From: Octopus sinensis
Taxonomy: Eukaryota
Reading direction: 5' to 3'
NCBI RefSeq assembly: GCF_006345805.1
Contig: NC_043000.1
Coordinates: 122,946,001 to 123,010,000 of the forward strand
DNA length: 64,000 nt
The translations under genes and the position numbers were made by a program. The notes below the pieces were generated by a model that saw only the letters and a list, made by a program, of their open reading frames with translations, made no database searches and was not told the origin of the DNA. Of the stretch, positions 52,990 to 64,000 are shown piece after piece (position 1 is the stretch's first letter; each line of letters starts with the position of its first letter).

Positions 52990-54700
52990 AGTAATTAGTG
53001 GTACTGTGGAGACTAATGTTGGTCCGCGTCAGTATTTAGGGAATGTAAGCAGCGGAGGAGGACAATTCTAACATTTGGAGTATACATTTCGTATGAAGGT
53101 GATGTTTCCTGATGAGTCCAAAATGAACGGACGGGCATTAATGAGATATCAAAAATTAGTGAAGTATAAGAAGAGGGCTTATTGCTGAAATGCGTTAGAC
53201 AGCAGTCAGAATAGGGAAATAATTGATAAAAGACTGCTGACAAATTTGATAATCTAAAGTGGTAGGAAATAAAGGAAAACAAGATGTTCAACAAGAAAGT
53301 TATAATATCAGACAAATCTGAAACACGGAGAAGAGAGGAACTTATGGTCAGGAGAATAAAACAAAAATACACTAAAGGGGAATGCCAAACCGCAAACCCG
53401 TTACAGAAAGATAAGTTGACAAGGAGAGTAAGAGGCATTCATCGGTGCCTATGGCTGAAATTCCTAGAGTAAAGGTGAGTTTTGTTTTGTTTCTGCAGTT
53501 GCAGTCGTAAAACAACTCATTGTGTAAAGTGATTCACCAACCGAGGGATGGTTCATGAAGTGTCACAATGAAATGAAATATCAAACCACGGCTTTCGGTG
53601 TTATTGCAAATGTCGAGAAGATGCTCACAGATCAAGAGATTTGCAGAGTTTACATGTGGTTGACAGACGTACGTGCAGGGTATGATAGAGGGTCAGCCAT
53701 TTGGATTGGAGTATAGGGATATTTTATTAATGTACCAGTGGAGATGAAGGGACAAGCTAGGAACATTTTAAAGTTTCTGGGCGTAAGTTACAATAGAAAG
53801 AGATTTTCTGACCAAGAGGAATCCCAAAATTTTGTCACCATAGGAGAAGAGAAGGGTCTGTTGAAGCAGCTTCATGGTCATAGAACATTGAAGTAAAAGT
53901 TGGAGAAGATAATTCGTCGAAGCGGCAGAACTGATGAATAAAAAAGGAATCCTATCTTCAGAAGTGTGTATGTTGAGGTAAGGGTGCTAAAACAGTGGAC
54001 TCAGGTTGGCAGCGTGTAGAGTTGAATATTGGATCAGTGTAACCCCTGCAATAAAGAATTTGCTCATTTTTTTTCGTCTTGAAAGGGAAATCCGGCTATT
54101 TTAACGTGAGTACGGTGAGAGGAGGTAAAGGTGAGGTCGGAAAGGGAATTAGGCACAGGATGGTGGTGTGGTGGAAGTAGGTAGGTTAGAGTCGAAGTTA
54201 TGAAATGTTTAAGGATTAATAGTCCGATGCAAAATTTATAGTGTATGAACTAAGAGTTAAGGTATGAGGGTATATAAACTCATGTCCATGGTGTAAAGGT
54301 CATAAAGGAAGGAAAAGAAATAGTGATGGTTACGGGAATGATTAATGTTCTCATAACATGGGTGACTTGCGTTTATTACGGCGACTGGCGAGTTCAGTGA
54401 AGCAAATACAGGACGAAGCGATGGGATGATCAAAGTGTTTGGGTTTATGCAAGCTGTGAAGTAAATGAATAGTGGACATTCAAAGCTTGGTTATATGATT
54501 TGTATGATAAGATTAGTTACGGTGGGAAGGAGAAGAGGAAAAGATGGGTGAGTTATTGTTACGGAATAAGTGTCGGTTCTGAAGACTGTATTTCCTGGGA
54601 GGCTTGTCGTAGAGGCTAGTTAGTGTCCACCAAACAGCAACAAGAACATCGTCTTTTGTGAGCTGGTTTGACCAAGCAATTGCATCGGTTTAGAGATGTT
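52990..54700 (-). mobile_element. Possible highly decayed L2/Jockey-like LINE
   Basis: Microsatellite-free purine-skewed block with only faint motifs (PPLT.., SK.C*NCPPP..FP); no RT core recognised. Confidence 0.25.
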
Positions 54701-54720
54701 AAGGGTTTCGAGATGCTCCA

Positions 54721-54761
<41 letters not shown>

Positions 54762-54768
54762 TATTTCG

Positions 54769-55310
54769 TAATGAGACAAAAAAACCAAGGCTGTGTAGAT
54801 ATGAGAGGATGGTTAAGAAATAGTTAATTTAGATAAGATATAAAATAGAGAGTTGTTGGCATCCTTTTTGTCTCGGGAGACAATAGAGAGTGAGGTGGAG
54901 GAAATATAAGAAAATGAATGTGAGATATGTAGGGATATTGCATTTGTAGATCCATTTTTTAAGGCAGAATGGTATACATTCCAATACCTTATGAGTAAAA
55001 TCCAATAGAATTTAAAATTAGTCATTCCAAGTGTGGAGTTTATACACAGTGTTATTGAATCCAGGGTTGTGATTAAAGTGGAGGTTATGAGAGGTAATGG
55101 TGTCAAGAAGACCCAAAGGTGTCAGGTAATGCGGAGCAAGTGCTATGGACAGACTCTCTATTTCATATCTTCTCAAGAATAACTATTGCTTAACCATTTT
55201 CTCACACCGTCTCTGATGAAGAGATATATAAAATATCCCGGAAACTGCTGTAAGACCTTCTCTTTATAATATTCTGAAATCTTTCACAGCCTTGGATTTT
55301 TATCTCATTC
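54769..55310. mobile_element. Inverted pair of Penelope-like terminal repeats (54769-54852 minus; 55153-55310 plus)
   Basis: The arms share actctctattt.atatctt...taactatt.cttaaccat and acagccttgg.tttt..tctcatt; the left arm lacks the hammerhead segment. Confidence 0.65.
55209..55256 (+). ncRNA. Minimal type I hammerhead ribozyme with an intact catalytic core
   Basis: GTCT-CTGATGA-A-GAGATAT-ataaa-ATATCCC-G-GAAA-C-tgct-G-TA-AGAC; predicted cleavage after 55252. Confidence 0.75.
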
Positions 55311-55324
55311 TGTTAACTTTATAT

Positions 55325-55340
55325 ACTGTTCTGTTAGCTC

Positions 55341-55416
<76 letters not shown>

Positions 55417-55433
55417 TGAGCTAACAGAACAGT
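55325..55433. repeat. Palindrome: 20-bp unique arms around (TA)n
   Basis: actgttctgttagctcacct / aggtgagctaacagaacagt. Confidence 0.93.
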
Positions 55434-56205
55434 TAGTACTCTGACAAAATGCTTAGCGGCATTTAGTCTGTCTTTACTTTATGAGCTCAAATTCCGTCGA
55501 GGTCGACTTTGCCTTTAATCCTTTCGTGGTGGTTAAAATAACTACCAGTCAAATACTGGAGTCGAAGTAATCGACTTACCTTCCTCTCAAAAACTGCTGT
55601 GCCCAAATTTGTAACCTCTATATGTGTGTGTGTGTGTGTGTGTTATTTCAATAAATAAGTTCACATCAAAATCACACATCTTCACAAACGTGGCAATGGA
55701 GTCAAACTATTCCAAACCCAGTGTTCATGTGGAGCTACGCTGTTTGAGTTCGCTGAAGTCATCGGTGTTCCGGTGTAAAATCTTCGATACCATCCATTTT
55801 CATGTTAGCTTCCGGTAATCCGAAATCGATTTCGTATTCACCCCCACCCACCCTGCCTCAGGCCCAGGAGTTAGCCTCAGTCTGGTTTCACACGCTATAA
55901 CTACTACTACTACTACTACAACCCTCATCACTATTACTACTAACGCTACTACAGCTACCATCGCACTACAGTTACTATTACTATTACTACAGGAACACAA
56001 TACTAACAATACTACGACTACCATCATCACTACAATTACTACTACTGCTACAATCACCAACACCACAATTACTACTACTACCACCACCACCACCACCACT
56101 ACTACTACTACTACTACTGGAACATAAGCACGAATAAAATGTGATAAATGTATGTTTTGAGGGTATGGGGATCTAAAATTGCATGAGATAAGCTGAAGTT
56201 ACTTT

Positions 56206-56612
56206 CTTATTTCTTTACTGCCAAGGGGCTACACACAGAGGAGACAAACAAGGACAGACAAACGGATTAAGTCGATTACATCGACCCAGTGCGTAACTGG
56301 TACTTAATTTATCGAGTCCGAAAGGATGAAAGGCAAAGTCGACCTCGGCGGAATCTGAACTCAGAACGTAGCAGTAGACAAAATACCTATTTCTTTACTA
56401 CCCACAAGGGGCTAAACACAGAGGGGACAAACAAGGACAGACAAACGGATTAAGTCGATTACATTGACCCCGGTGCGTAACTGGTACTTAATTTATCCGA
56501 AAGAATGAAAGGCAAAGTCGACCTAGGCGGAATTTGAACTCAGAACGTAACGGCAGACGAAATACGGCTACGCATTTCGCCCGGCGTGCTAACGATTCTG
56601 CCAGCTCACCGC
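56206..56612 (-). mobile_element. SINE family B tandem dimer
   Basis: Junction at 56386/56387. Confidence 0.9.
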
Positions 56613-56643
56613 TGAATTTACTTTCTATGTAAGGGTCATTTAA

Positions 56644-56865
56644 CCATTTAGCATTCAGATCACTCTCTCAAATCTAATTCTTATTTACTCACATTGCTTT
56701 GAATTAATCATGCATCATCTCATGAGCTCAAGGTTTCTGTATTGTGACTGTTTTATTTTTTAGAATGACATCGTAGGGTAGGTGTGGGAAGCCAGAACTG
56801 GCAGGCTTGGACATAAGTCAGGAAGAATATTTTGGCCGAATATGGCCGGTTTAAATGCTAAAGGG
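56644..56865. mobile_element. piggyBac-like MITE
   Basis: TIRs cc(a)tttagcatt / aatgctaaaggg, with TTAA-like flanks. Confidence 0.6.
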
Positions 56866-58142
56866 TTTAAACAAAATTTCAAGTTACCAGGAGGTAAAGT
56901 GAAGCGGGAGTGATACGAAATTGCTACGCCTGTTCTGTCCTCTGTGCCACAAAACAAAGGTTTCTAAGTTAGGCAAAAGAACATCAGTTTTGAAGGGACG
57001 GGATTAGTCGGTACCATCAATCCCAATACATGACTGGTATTTTATTTATCGCCCCTGTGGGATGAAAAGTTGCATTCAGCAGAATTTGATCTCAGAACGC
57101 AAAGACTCAGGAGCATTTTTCTGACGCTCGAACGATTCTGCTAACCCACCGTCTTTCCATACCACTAATAATGGTTACAAAAATTAGCACAAAACCGACA
57201 AATTTAAAGTAAAACGATTACAGCGACTTCACTGTTCGACTGGTGTTTGTTTTATTGACCCTGAAAGGATCAAAGACAGAGTTGGTTTCGGTGATACTTG
57301 AACCTAGAGCGTAAAATGACGCGACGCATTTTTGCCAGTACTCGACTGGTACTTATTTCGAGAATGAAGGGTAAATCGGCGGAATTTGAACTCAAAAAAC
57401 GGACGAAATGCCGCTTAGAATTGTGTCCAGCTCACCACCTCCCATACCATTAATGTGACAGCCTTCAGCACAATTCCGCGAAATAAGCGAATCTATTTAA
57501 AACGCTGTTGACTTACAAGCTATAGTGCATGAATTATGAGGCAAATTTTTATGAGTTTTACTTTTTATTATTCATTATTTTTGTCTTCTGTTTTTCTATC
57601 TTTTTTTTTGTTTTTGTCTAGAACTTTCTTTTATTGAGGTCGACATAAAAATAAATGTACGAGTTACGAAGTGTTGGTAAGGCGCGTGAACTAGTGTTTA
57701 CGATTCTTCGCTCATAATCATAAAGTAGTGAATTCCTGAACTGAGTGGTGTGGTGTGTCCTTTAGCAAGGTACTTCACGTTGTTACTCTTTATACAGTAG
57801 TAAGTGAGCACCAGCCGAGTAACAGAACAGCCTTTTCCTAATTCTCTTCGGCTGTCATATCTTGAATGTTTCCTTCGTTGAAGCTTTTTAGGGCCAAGAG
57901 GGTGTCTTTGTCTACTATCCTCAACATGAGCACTCAAAGCATTTAGCGAAAGCATGGTACATGTAACCAAGTCATACTTCATGAGTGACGACTGGTTGTA
58001 CCCTGCCATGGTGTGTTAGCTAAGAAGTATAAACTATGATGTGAAGGCGCATGGCCTAATAGTGAGTGTTGCATCATGATCGCGAGATTGCGGTTTCAAC
58101 TTTTGGACAGGATGGCACGTTGGGTTCTTGAGAAAAAACACT

Positions 58143-58570
58143 GGATCTTTTTGGTTTGAACGGCAGTTTCTAACATAATTTCTAGGTAACTAAAAAAATT
58201 TAAACTTCGTATACTAGTAGAATGTGTTTATAAAACATCATTTTCTCTTGGCTTTATTGAGAAAATTCTATAGTTTGTAAGGTATTTGTTGTTGTTTTTT
58301 CTTCAATTTCTTCAATTTCAACCAATCATTGACGTCTATTGAGGTAAAAAACATTCTGTACCGTATGAATATGTCCCTCGTTTAAGAAACAGATTGGATT
58401 TATTTACATTTGTGAAGAAAAAAAGATACCCTTCACCCCACCCCTAACCCTAACCCTAACTAACCCTAAAACAGATTGAAATGCAATAGATCGACACTAG
58501 GGTCATAATTATGGGTGACAATTTCATATGAGACTGCTAGAAAAAAATGCCGTTCAAACCGAAAAGATCC
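58143..58570. mobile_element. 428-bp MITE with an 8-bp TSD (Merlin-like), inserted in an old CORE-type SINE
   Basis: TIRs GGATCTTTT(T/C)GGTTTGAACGGCA; TSD AAAACACT at 58135-58142 and 58571-58578; internal (CCCTAA)n. Confidence 0.85.
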
Positions 58571-58775
58571 AAAACACTTCATCTCAGGTTGCCCTGCGAT
58601 CACTTCGACACCTGACGTGCGGTACACCGTGCATTTGTTCAGGCAACGTCGATTTGATGGAGGGAGTGAACTAATGTACAGCGCAGACATTTGATCACTA
58701 TAAACAAATCATTTGTGTTGGTTATTCAGCAAGAAACTACAAGAGAGTCTTTCTCGGACTACGAGAAACAGCCGT

Positions 58776-59036
58776 CATAAGCTATGATGCAGGAGCTACG
58801 GTGCATACGTCAGCTTCATACGTCAGAGAACTATGATGTAAGAGTTATGATGTATAAGCTAAGATGAAAGAGTTACGATAAAGTGGCATTTAGTGTATGA
58901 AATATGATGTATGAGATATGGTATACGAGCTGTGATATATGAATTGTGATATGATTTACGATGCGTGAACTATGATGCCTATGATATGCTGTGCAAGCCA
59001 TGATGCATGACCTATCAAGACAAAGAGCTATGAGGC
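58776..59036. repeat. Degenerate ~14-bp minisatellite (GAGCTATGATGTAT-like)
   Basis: Recurrent gctatgatg/gatatgatg units. Confidence 0.7.
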
Positions 59037-59242
59037 AAAATAGGTTTGTGCGTATGTATGCGTACGTGTGTGTGTGTGCATGACTGTCTGTGTGTGTATC
59101 GTACGTGAGTGCGTATGTGAGAGTGCGAGCGCATGTATGTTTTTATTCTGTTCAGTAATACTCTGGGTGCGGCCTGATGCGGCGCAAGAAATCTTAATAC
59201 AATTAAGGGGTCCCCTTTCAATTCAAGCTTGATACCTTTAAT

Positions 59243-59315
59243 GACCCACTTCTTGGTGCTAGCTTGAGCCTATAACATATTGTTATGGGCTCAAGCTAGC
59301 ACCAAGGAGTGGGTC
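59243..59315 (+). other. 73-nt hairpin with a 35-bp fully paired stem
   Basis: The arms differ only at two U.G positions on the plus strand. Confidence 0.85.
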
Positions 59316-59414
59316 TTGTGTGTGAAAGATGACGTTATAGGAGAGGGGTGAGTGGACTCTCAGGGGGCTGCTGCTGTTTCCGTCATTTACTACCGGTGAT
59401 GGAGATGGTGGTGG

Positions 59415-59447
<33 letters not shown>

Positions 59448-60005
59448 CGGTGATGATGACGATGATGATGACGATAACGGTGATGTTGCAGCTGAATATT
59501 TCTAGATCTCAGTCTTACTCCAGCATCGCGACAGTTGTGTCTTCTACAGTGACTACTATTCAACATCTTCTACTAACACCGCCACCATCACCATCACCAC
59601 CACCACCACCACCACTACCACCACCATCACAATCCGCCCACCCACTACCTTACCACTTCCAGTTTAGTTGTGCATTAGCACCAGCTACACCAACAACAGC
59701 AGCAGCAGCAACAGCACCAAGCAGCAGCATCCCAAACAGTAGTAGACTTCACACTATAACCTTCCCTCGTTCTCTTTGCTCTCTCTCTCTCTCTATTCTG
59801 GACATTTCCTCCCTCTCTCTTTCCCTCACTCTCTCTCTCTTTCCCTCACTCTCTCTCTCTTTTCTCTTCCTCTCTCTCTCTCTCCTCACTCTCAGTCACT
59901 CTCCTTTTGTCTATCTGCCTCTTTATTTATCTAGTTTCTTTACATAAACCTATTGCTTCTTCTGTTTTCTTCCTCATCCTTTCTCTTTATATTTCACCCT
60001 CGTAC

Positions 60006-60107
<102 letters not shown>

Positions 60108-60802
60108 TCACACACACATATATACATATATATATATATATATGTGGTGAGAGAGAGGGAGGAAAGAAGAGATAGATAGATAGATATATAAGAGAGAGGG
60201 AGATTCATACATACATGCCATACTTACATACTTGTGGATATGTATGTATGTCTGCCTGTATGTATGCATGTATGTATGTATGTATGTATGTATGTATGTA
60301 TGTATGTACGTATGTATGTATACATGTATCGCTAGCTATTTGTCTGTGTTTCCCTTCCTCTCTTTATCTATCTATATATTTACACATCCATCAGCTTATT
60401 GATCTGTCTATCCGTATATTTATCGACCGATCTCGTTCTTCCCCCAATCTGGCCATCCCTGCTTCAACTTACAATATATATTTCCATCGATGAAGCGAGC
60501 TTTCTATCTATCCATCCATCCATCCATCCATCTATCAATCCATCTTTCTGTCTATCTCTTTATACATTTGTCTGACTGTCTGTCTTTTGGTCTGTATGTC
60601 TTTCACTCTACATTTCGTGTCTATCTGTCTATCCATCTGTGTGTGTGTCTCAGCGTATGTGAAGGAAGGAGAGAGGGAGAGAAAGAGAGTGAGGAAAAGA
60701 GAGAGAGAGAGACAGAGAGTGATAGTGTGTTATTTGTCTAGGCACCTGTTTCACTTTATTTAATATTTCATCCATCTCTATTTGTCCTTCCTTCTCCCAA
60801 TT

Positions 60803-60844
<42 letters not shown>

Positions 60845-61082
60845 CAATCTATCCATCTATCAATCTGCCTATCTCTCTCTGTCTCTCTATCTTTCAATCT
60901 ATGTAAAACTCGGCTATTAAGTCCTTCACTACAACCGCTACTTGTGAGTGCAGCTTGACTTCCATCTACCTTCGTTGCAAGTCAGGAAACAGTAGTAGTA
61001 GCTGTTATCTGTATGCTGGTTGGAGTAGTTTACATATTTGCATACATATATACATACACCTAATAAATATATATATATAAAT

Positions 61083-61129
<47 letters not shown>

Positions 61130-61142
61130 CACACATACATAT

Positions 61143-61203
<61 letters not shown>

Positions 61204-61391
61204 TTATATAATATATATGAGAGAGAGAGACATACATTTGCACATGTATAACTGTGCATACATATGTGTGTATATACATATATATGCATTCATGCATACA
61301 TGTATTCATTCTTTCTCTCTCTCTCTCTCTTTCTTTCTCTCTCTCTCTCTCTGTATATATACATATATCTGTACACATATACAATATATAT

Positions 61392-61423
<32 letters not shown>

Positions 61424-61799
61424 ATAATTATATAATATGAGAGAGAGAGGAGAGGAAGGAGAGAGAATATTATGCATATATATTTATATACATATGTATG
61501 TATATTTACATGCTTACATACATGCATACATACATAGGATGAAGGAAGGATTACTCTCTCTCTATCTCTATCTCTATCTCCATCTCTATCTATCTCTGTC
61601 TCCGTCCTGCCAAAACACCAATGCGAGTGGATATAACTGCAAGAGATGGTGGCAGGAAGGAAGACAGAACCGCAAGAACGTCGGTTAAACTAATTGAGCG
61701 AGTAGGTGTTGTGTATAAGAGTAACAGTGAGAGGAGTAAATTGTTCCACCTCGCCTTCAAAATTATCATCACTGCTGTTTTTCGAGAAGCACAGCGATA

Positions 61800-61837
61800 A
61801 TGGCAACAGCAGCAGAGCAGAAGCAACAAGAGAATTG

Positions 61838-61871
<34 letters not shown>

Positions 61872-61920
61872 GGTGGAACAGAAGCAACAAGAACAGTGCA
61901 GCAAGAGAATTGCAGCAGTG

Positions 61921-61951
<31 letters not shown>

Positions 61952-61965
61952 CAACAGCAGCGGTT
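61800..61965. repeat. (CAG/CAA)n tract with an internal duplication
   Basis: gcaagagaattgcagcag-like unit occurs twice. Confidence 0.85.
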
Positions 61966-62064
61966 CTATTATGATCAAAGAGTGAAATATCGATAGAAAG
62001 CATCGAAGAAACTGCTAAATATAAGAGGCGGAGGAGCTGAGAGAGAGGGAGTCAGAAAGATTCT

Positions 62065-62122
<58 letters not shown>

Positions 62123-62418
62123 CAGAGACAGAAAGATTCTCTAATATATATATAGAGAGAGAAAGAAAGGGTGGGGGGATGGAAGTGGGTGGCGTAGGAG
62201 TAAAAGGAACGAGGGAGATGTCGTTAGCGATTGTGACAGAAAGAGAACAGAACCGTTGAGGTTTTGAGAATGAGAGAGGCTGAGAAAGAGAGGAGTTGTG
62301 TAATTTGGAAAGAGAGAGGGAGAGAGAGAGAGAGAGAGACGGTAGAGACAGACAGACAGATAGATAGATAGTTAGACAGTGGTGGAATTGACACCACAAT
62401 GCGCGTCCGCTCGTGCTA

Positions 62419-62493
<75 letters not shown>

Positions 62494-62566
62494 CTTGTTT
62501 GTCGAGGGAGAAAGAGAGAAGGATGAAGAAAGAGAAAGAGAGAAAATGATAGAGAAGAAGGCAGAT

Positions 62567-62597
<31 letters not shown>

Positions 62598-63010
62598 GAG
62601 TAAGAGTTGGTCGAACTGTGTAATGTGCTGTGGAGAGAAGGCGGTTGATAGCAGAAAGTTAAATGGAAAGATGTGTGTGTATGTGTGTGAGAAAGAGAGA
62701 GAGACAGAGAGAGAGAGAAAGAGGGAAGGAAATGATAGTCAAAATGTGAGATGGACACTAGTAAACCATTGATAAAACTTAAAAGCTGTAAGTGGAGAAA
62801 AGTGGGCAATGTCCCTTTGTAAGGAGCCAAAATATATAGGAAAGCTTAGAAGCATACAGAGGGAGAGAGAGTGAGAAATTAGAGTGAGTTATGTTTGTGT
62901 GTGTGTGGTATACATACATACATACATACATACATACATACATACATACATACATACATACATACATAATATATATATAGATATATATATATATATATAT
63001 ATATAGTATA

Positions 63011-63043
<33 letters not shown>

Positions 63044-63183
63044 TACACACACACACACTTGGAAATATATATATAATATATAGATAGATAGAGAGAGATA
63101 TATATAAGGTGGTTGAAAAAAGACACTGACGAGAGTAGAATGAGAGAGGATCGAGATCGGTGAGAGAGGATGCGAGAGCGAGA

Positions 63184-63217
<34 letters not shown>

Positions 63218-63499
63218 CAGAACAGAGAGAGAGACAGGATGAGGCGAAAGAGGTGATATATATATAGATGAGAGAGAGGAAAGAGAATGGGTGAGTGAGT
63301 TGATAGATGGCAAGACGCTCGTGTGGTGGTCGGCTAGAATATGGCTGAAATGTATATAGAAGAGTGAAGACTGTAGGTAATCAAAGCCAGAGTGGCGCAT
63401 TATGACCGGCTGAAGGAGGAATGGGCAGAATCAAGCACCAGTACTAAATGTAGAATAAAGTGGAAGCGACATGTGGAGAGACAGAAGTGAAGAACGAAG

Positions 63500-63532
63500 T
63501 GATAGAGAGAAGGATAGATAGATAGATAGAAG

Positions 63533-63605
<73 letters not shown>
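63500..63605. repeat. (GATA)n microsatellite
   Basis: Direct reading. Confidence 0.95.
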
Positions 63606-63898
63606 AAAAAAAAGTTATAGTGGGGAAGGGGGTGAACGTGAATGCATGAGTGGTTCAGTTAGTTAAAGAAACAGATTCAGAGGTAGATATAGATAATATT
63701 AAGTTTAAAGTGGCAAAGAAACGATAAAAGATAAAGATATCGAAACTGAAAACGAAGGGATTAAAGAAATAAACAAATAAATAAAAAGAAAGAAAGAAAG
63801 AAAGAAAGAACAGGAGGAAAACATAGACTGATATATAAATTTATATATAGTGTACATTTCGAAGGTCATGCTGCCAATCAATCAATCAATATGTATAT

Positions 63899-63931
<33 letters not shown>

Positions 63932-64000
63932 CACACACAACTGTATTTGTCTATAGCAATTGCCTGTATTTCTTAGCTCATTTTTGTTTAATTTATGCAA

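Noticed and set aside
59348-59947. 199-aa ORF
   Set aside because: Concatenated GAT, CCA, GCA and CT repeats.

Overview
This is AT-rich, microsatellite-saturated eukaryotic non-coding DNA, most likely an Octopus (coleoid cephalopod) intron or intergenic region; that call is inferred from the SINE families and repeat load. No complete protein-coding gene is supported, and most ORF-track entries are translations of simple repeats. The window is a mosaic of mobile elements: tRNA-derived SINE families (one recurring as head-to-tail dimers); 5'-truncated R4/Dong-like RLE LINEs stacked inside (TAA)n tracts; RTE and CR1 LINE fragments; a maT-like Tc1/mariner relic; and several MITEs (mariner-, piggyBac-, Merlin-like and foldback). 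The most interesting signal is a set of five sequence-unrelated short repeats carrying minimal type I hammerhead-ribozyme folds (about 4.1, 10.3, 34.5/34.8, 40.4 and 55.2 kb). They resemble Penelope-like element terminal repeats: two form inverted pairs, their visible cores have an extra nucleotide after A9, and most end at or near (TA)n tracts. Other notable items are an exact 155-bp templated duplication at a LINE 5' junction, perfect fold-back palindromes, a 73-nt pre-miRNA-like hairpin and a 2.6-kb decayed coding-like block with a possible THAP remnant. All folds and alignments were done by eye.
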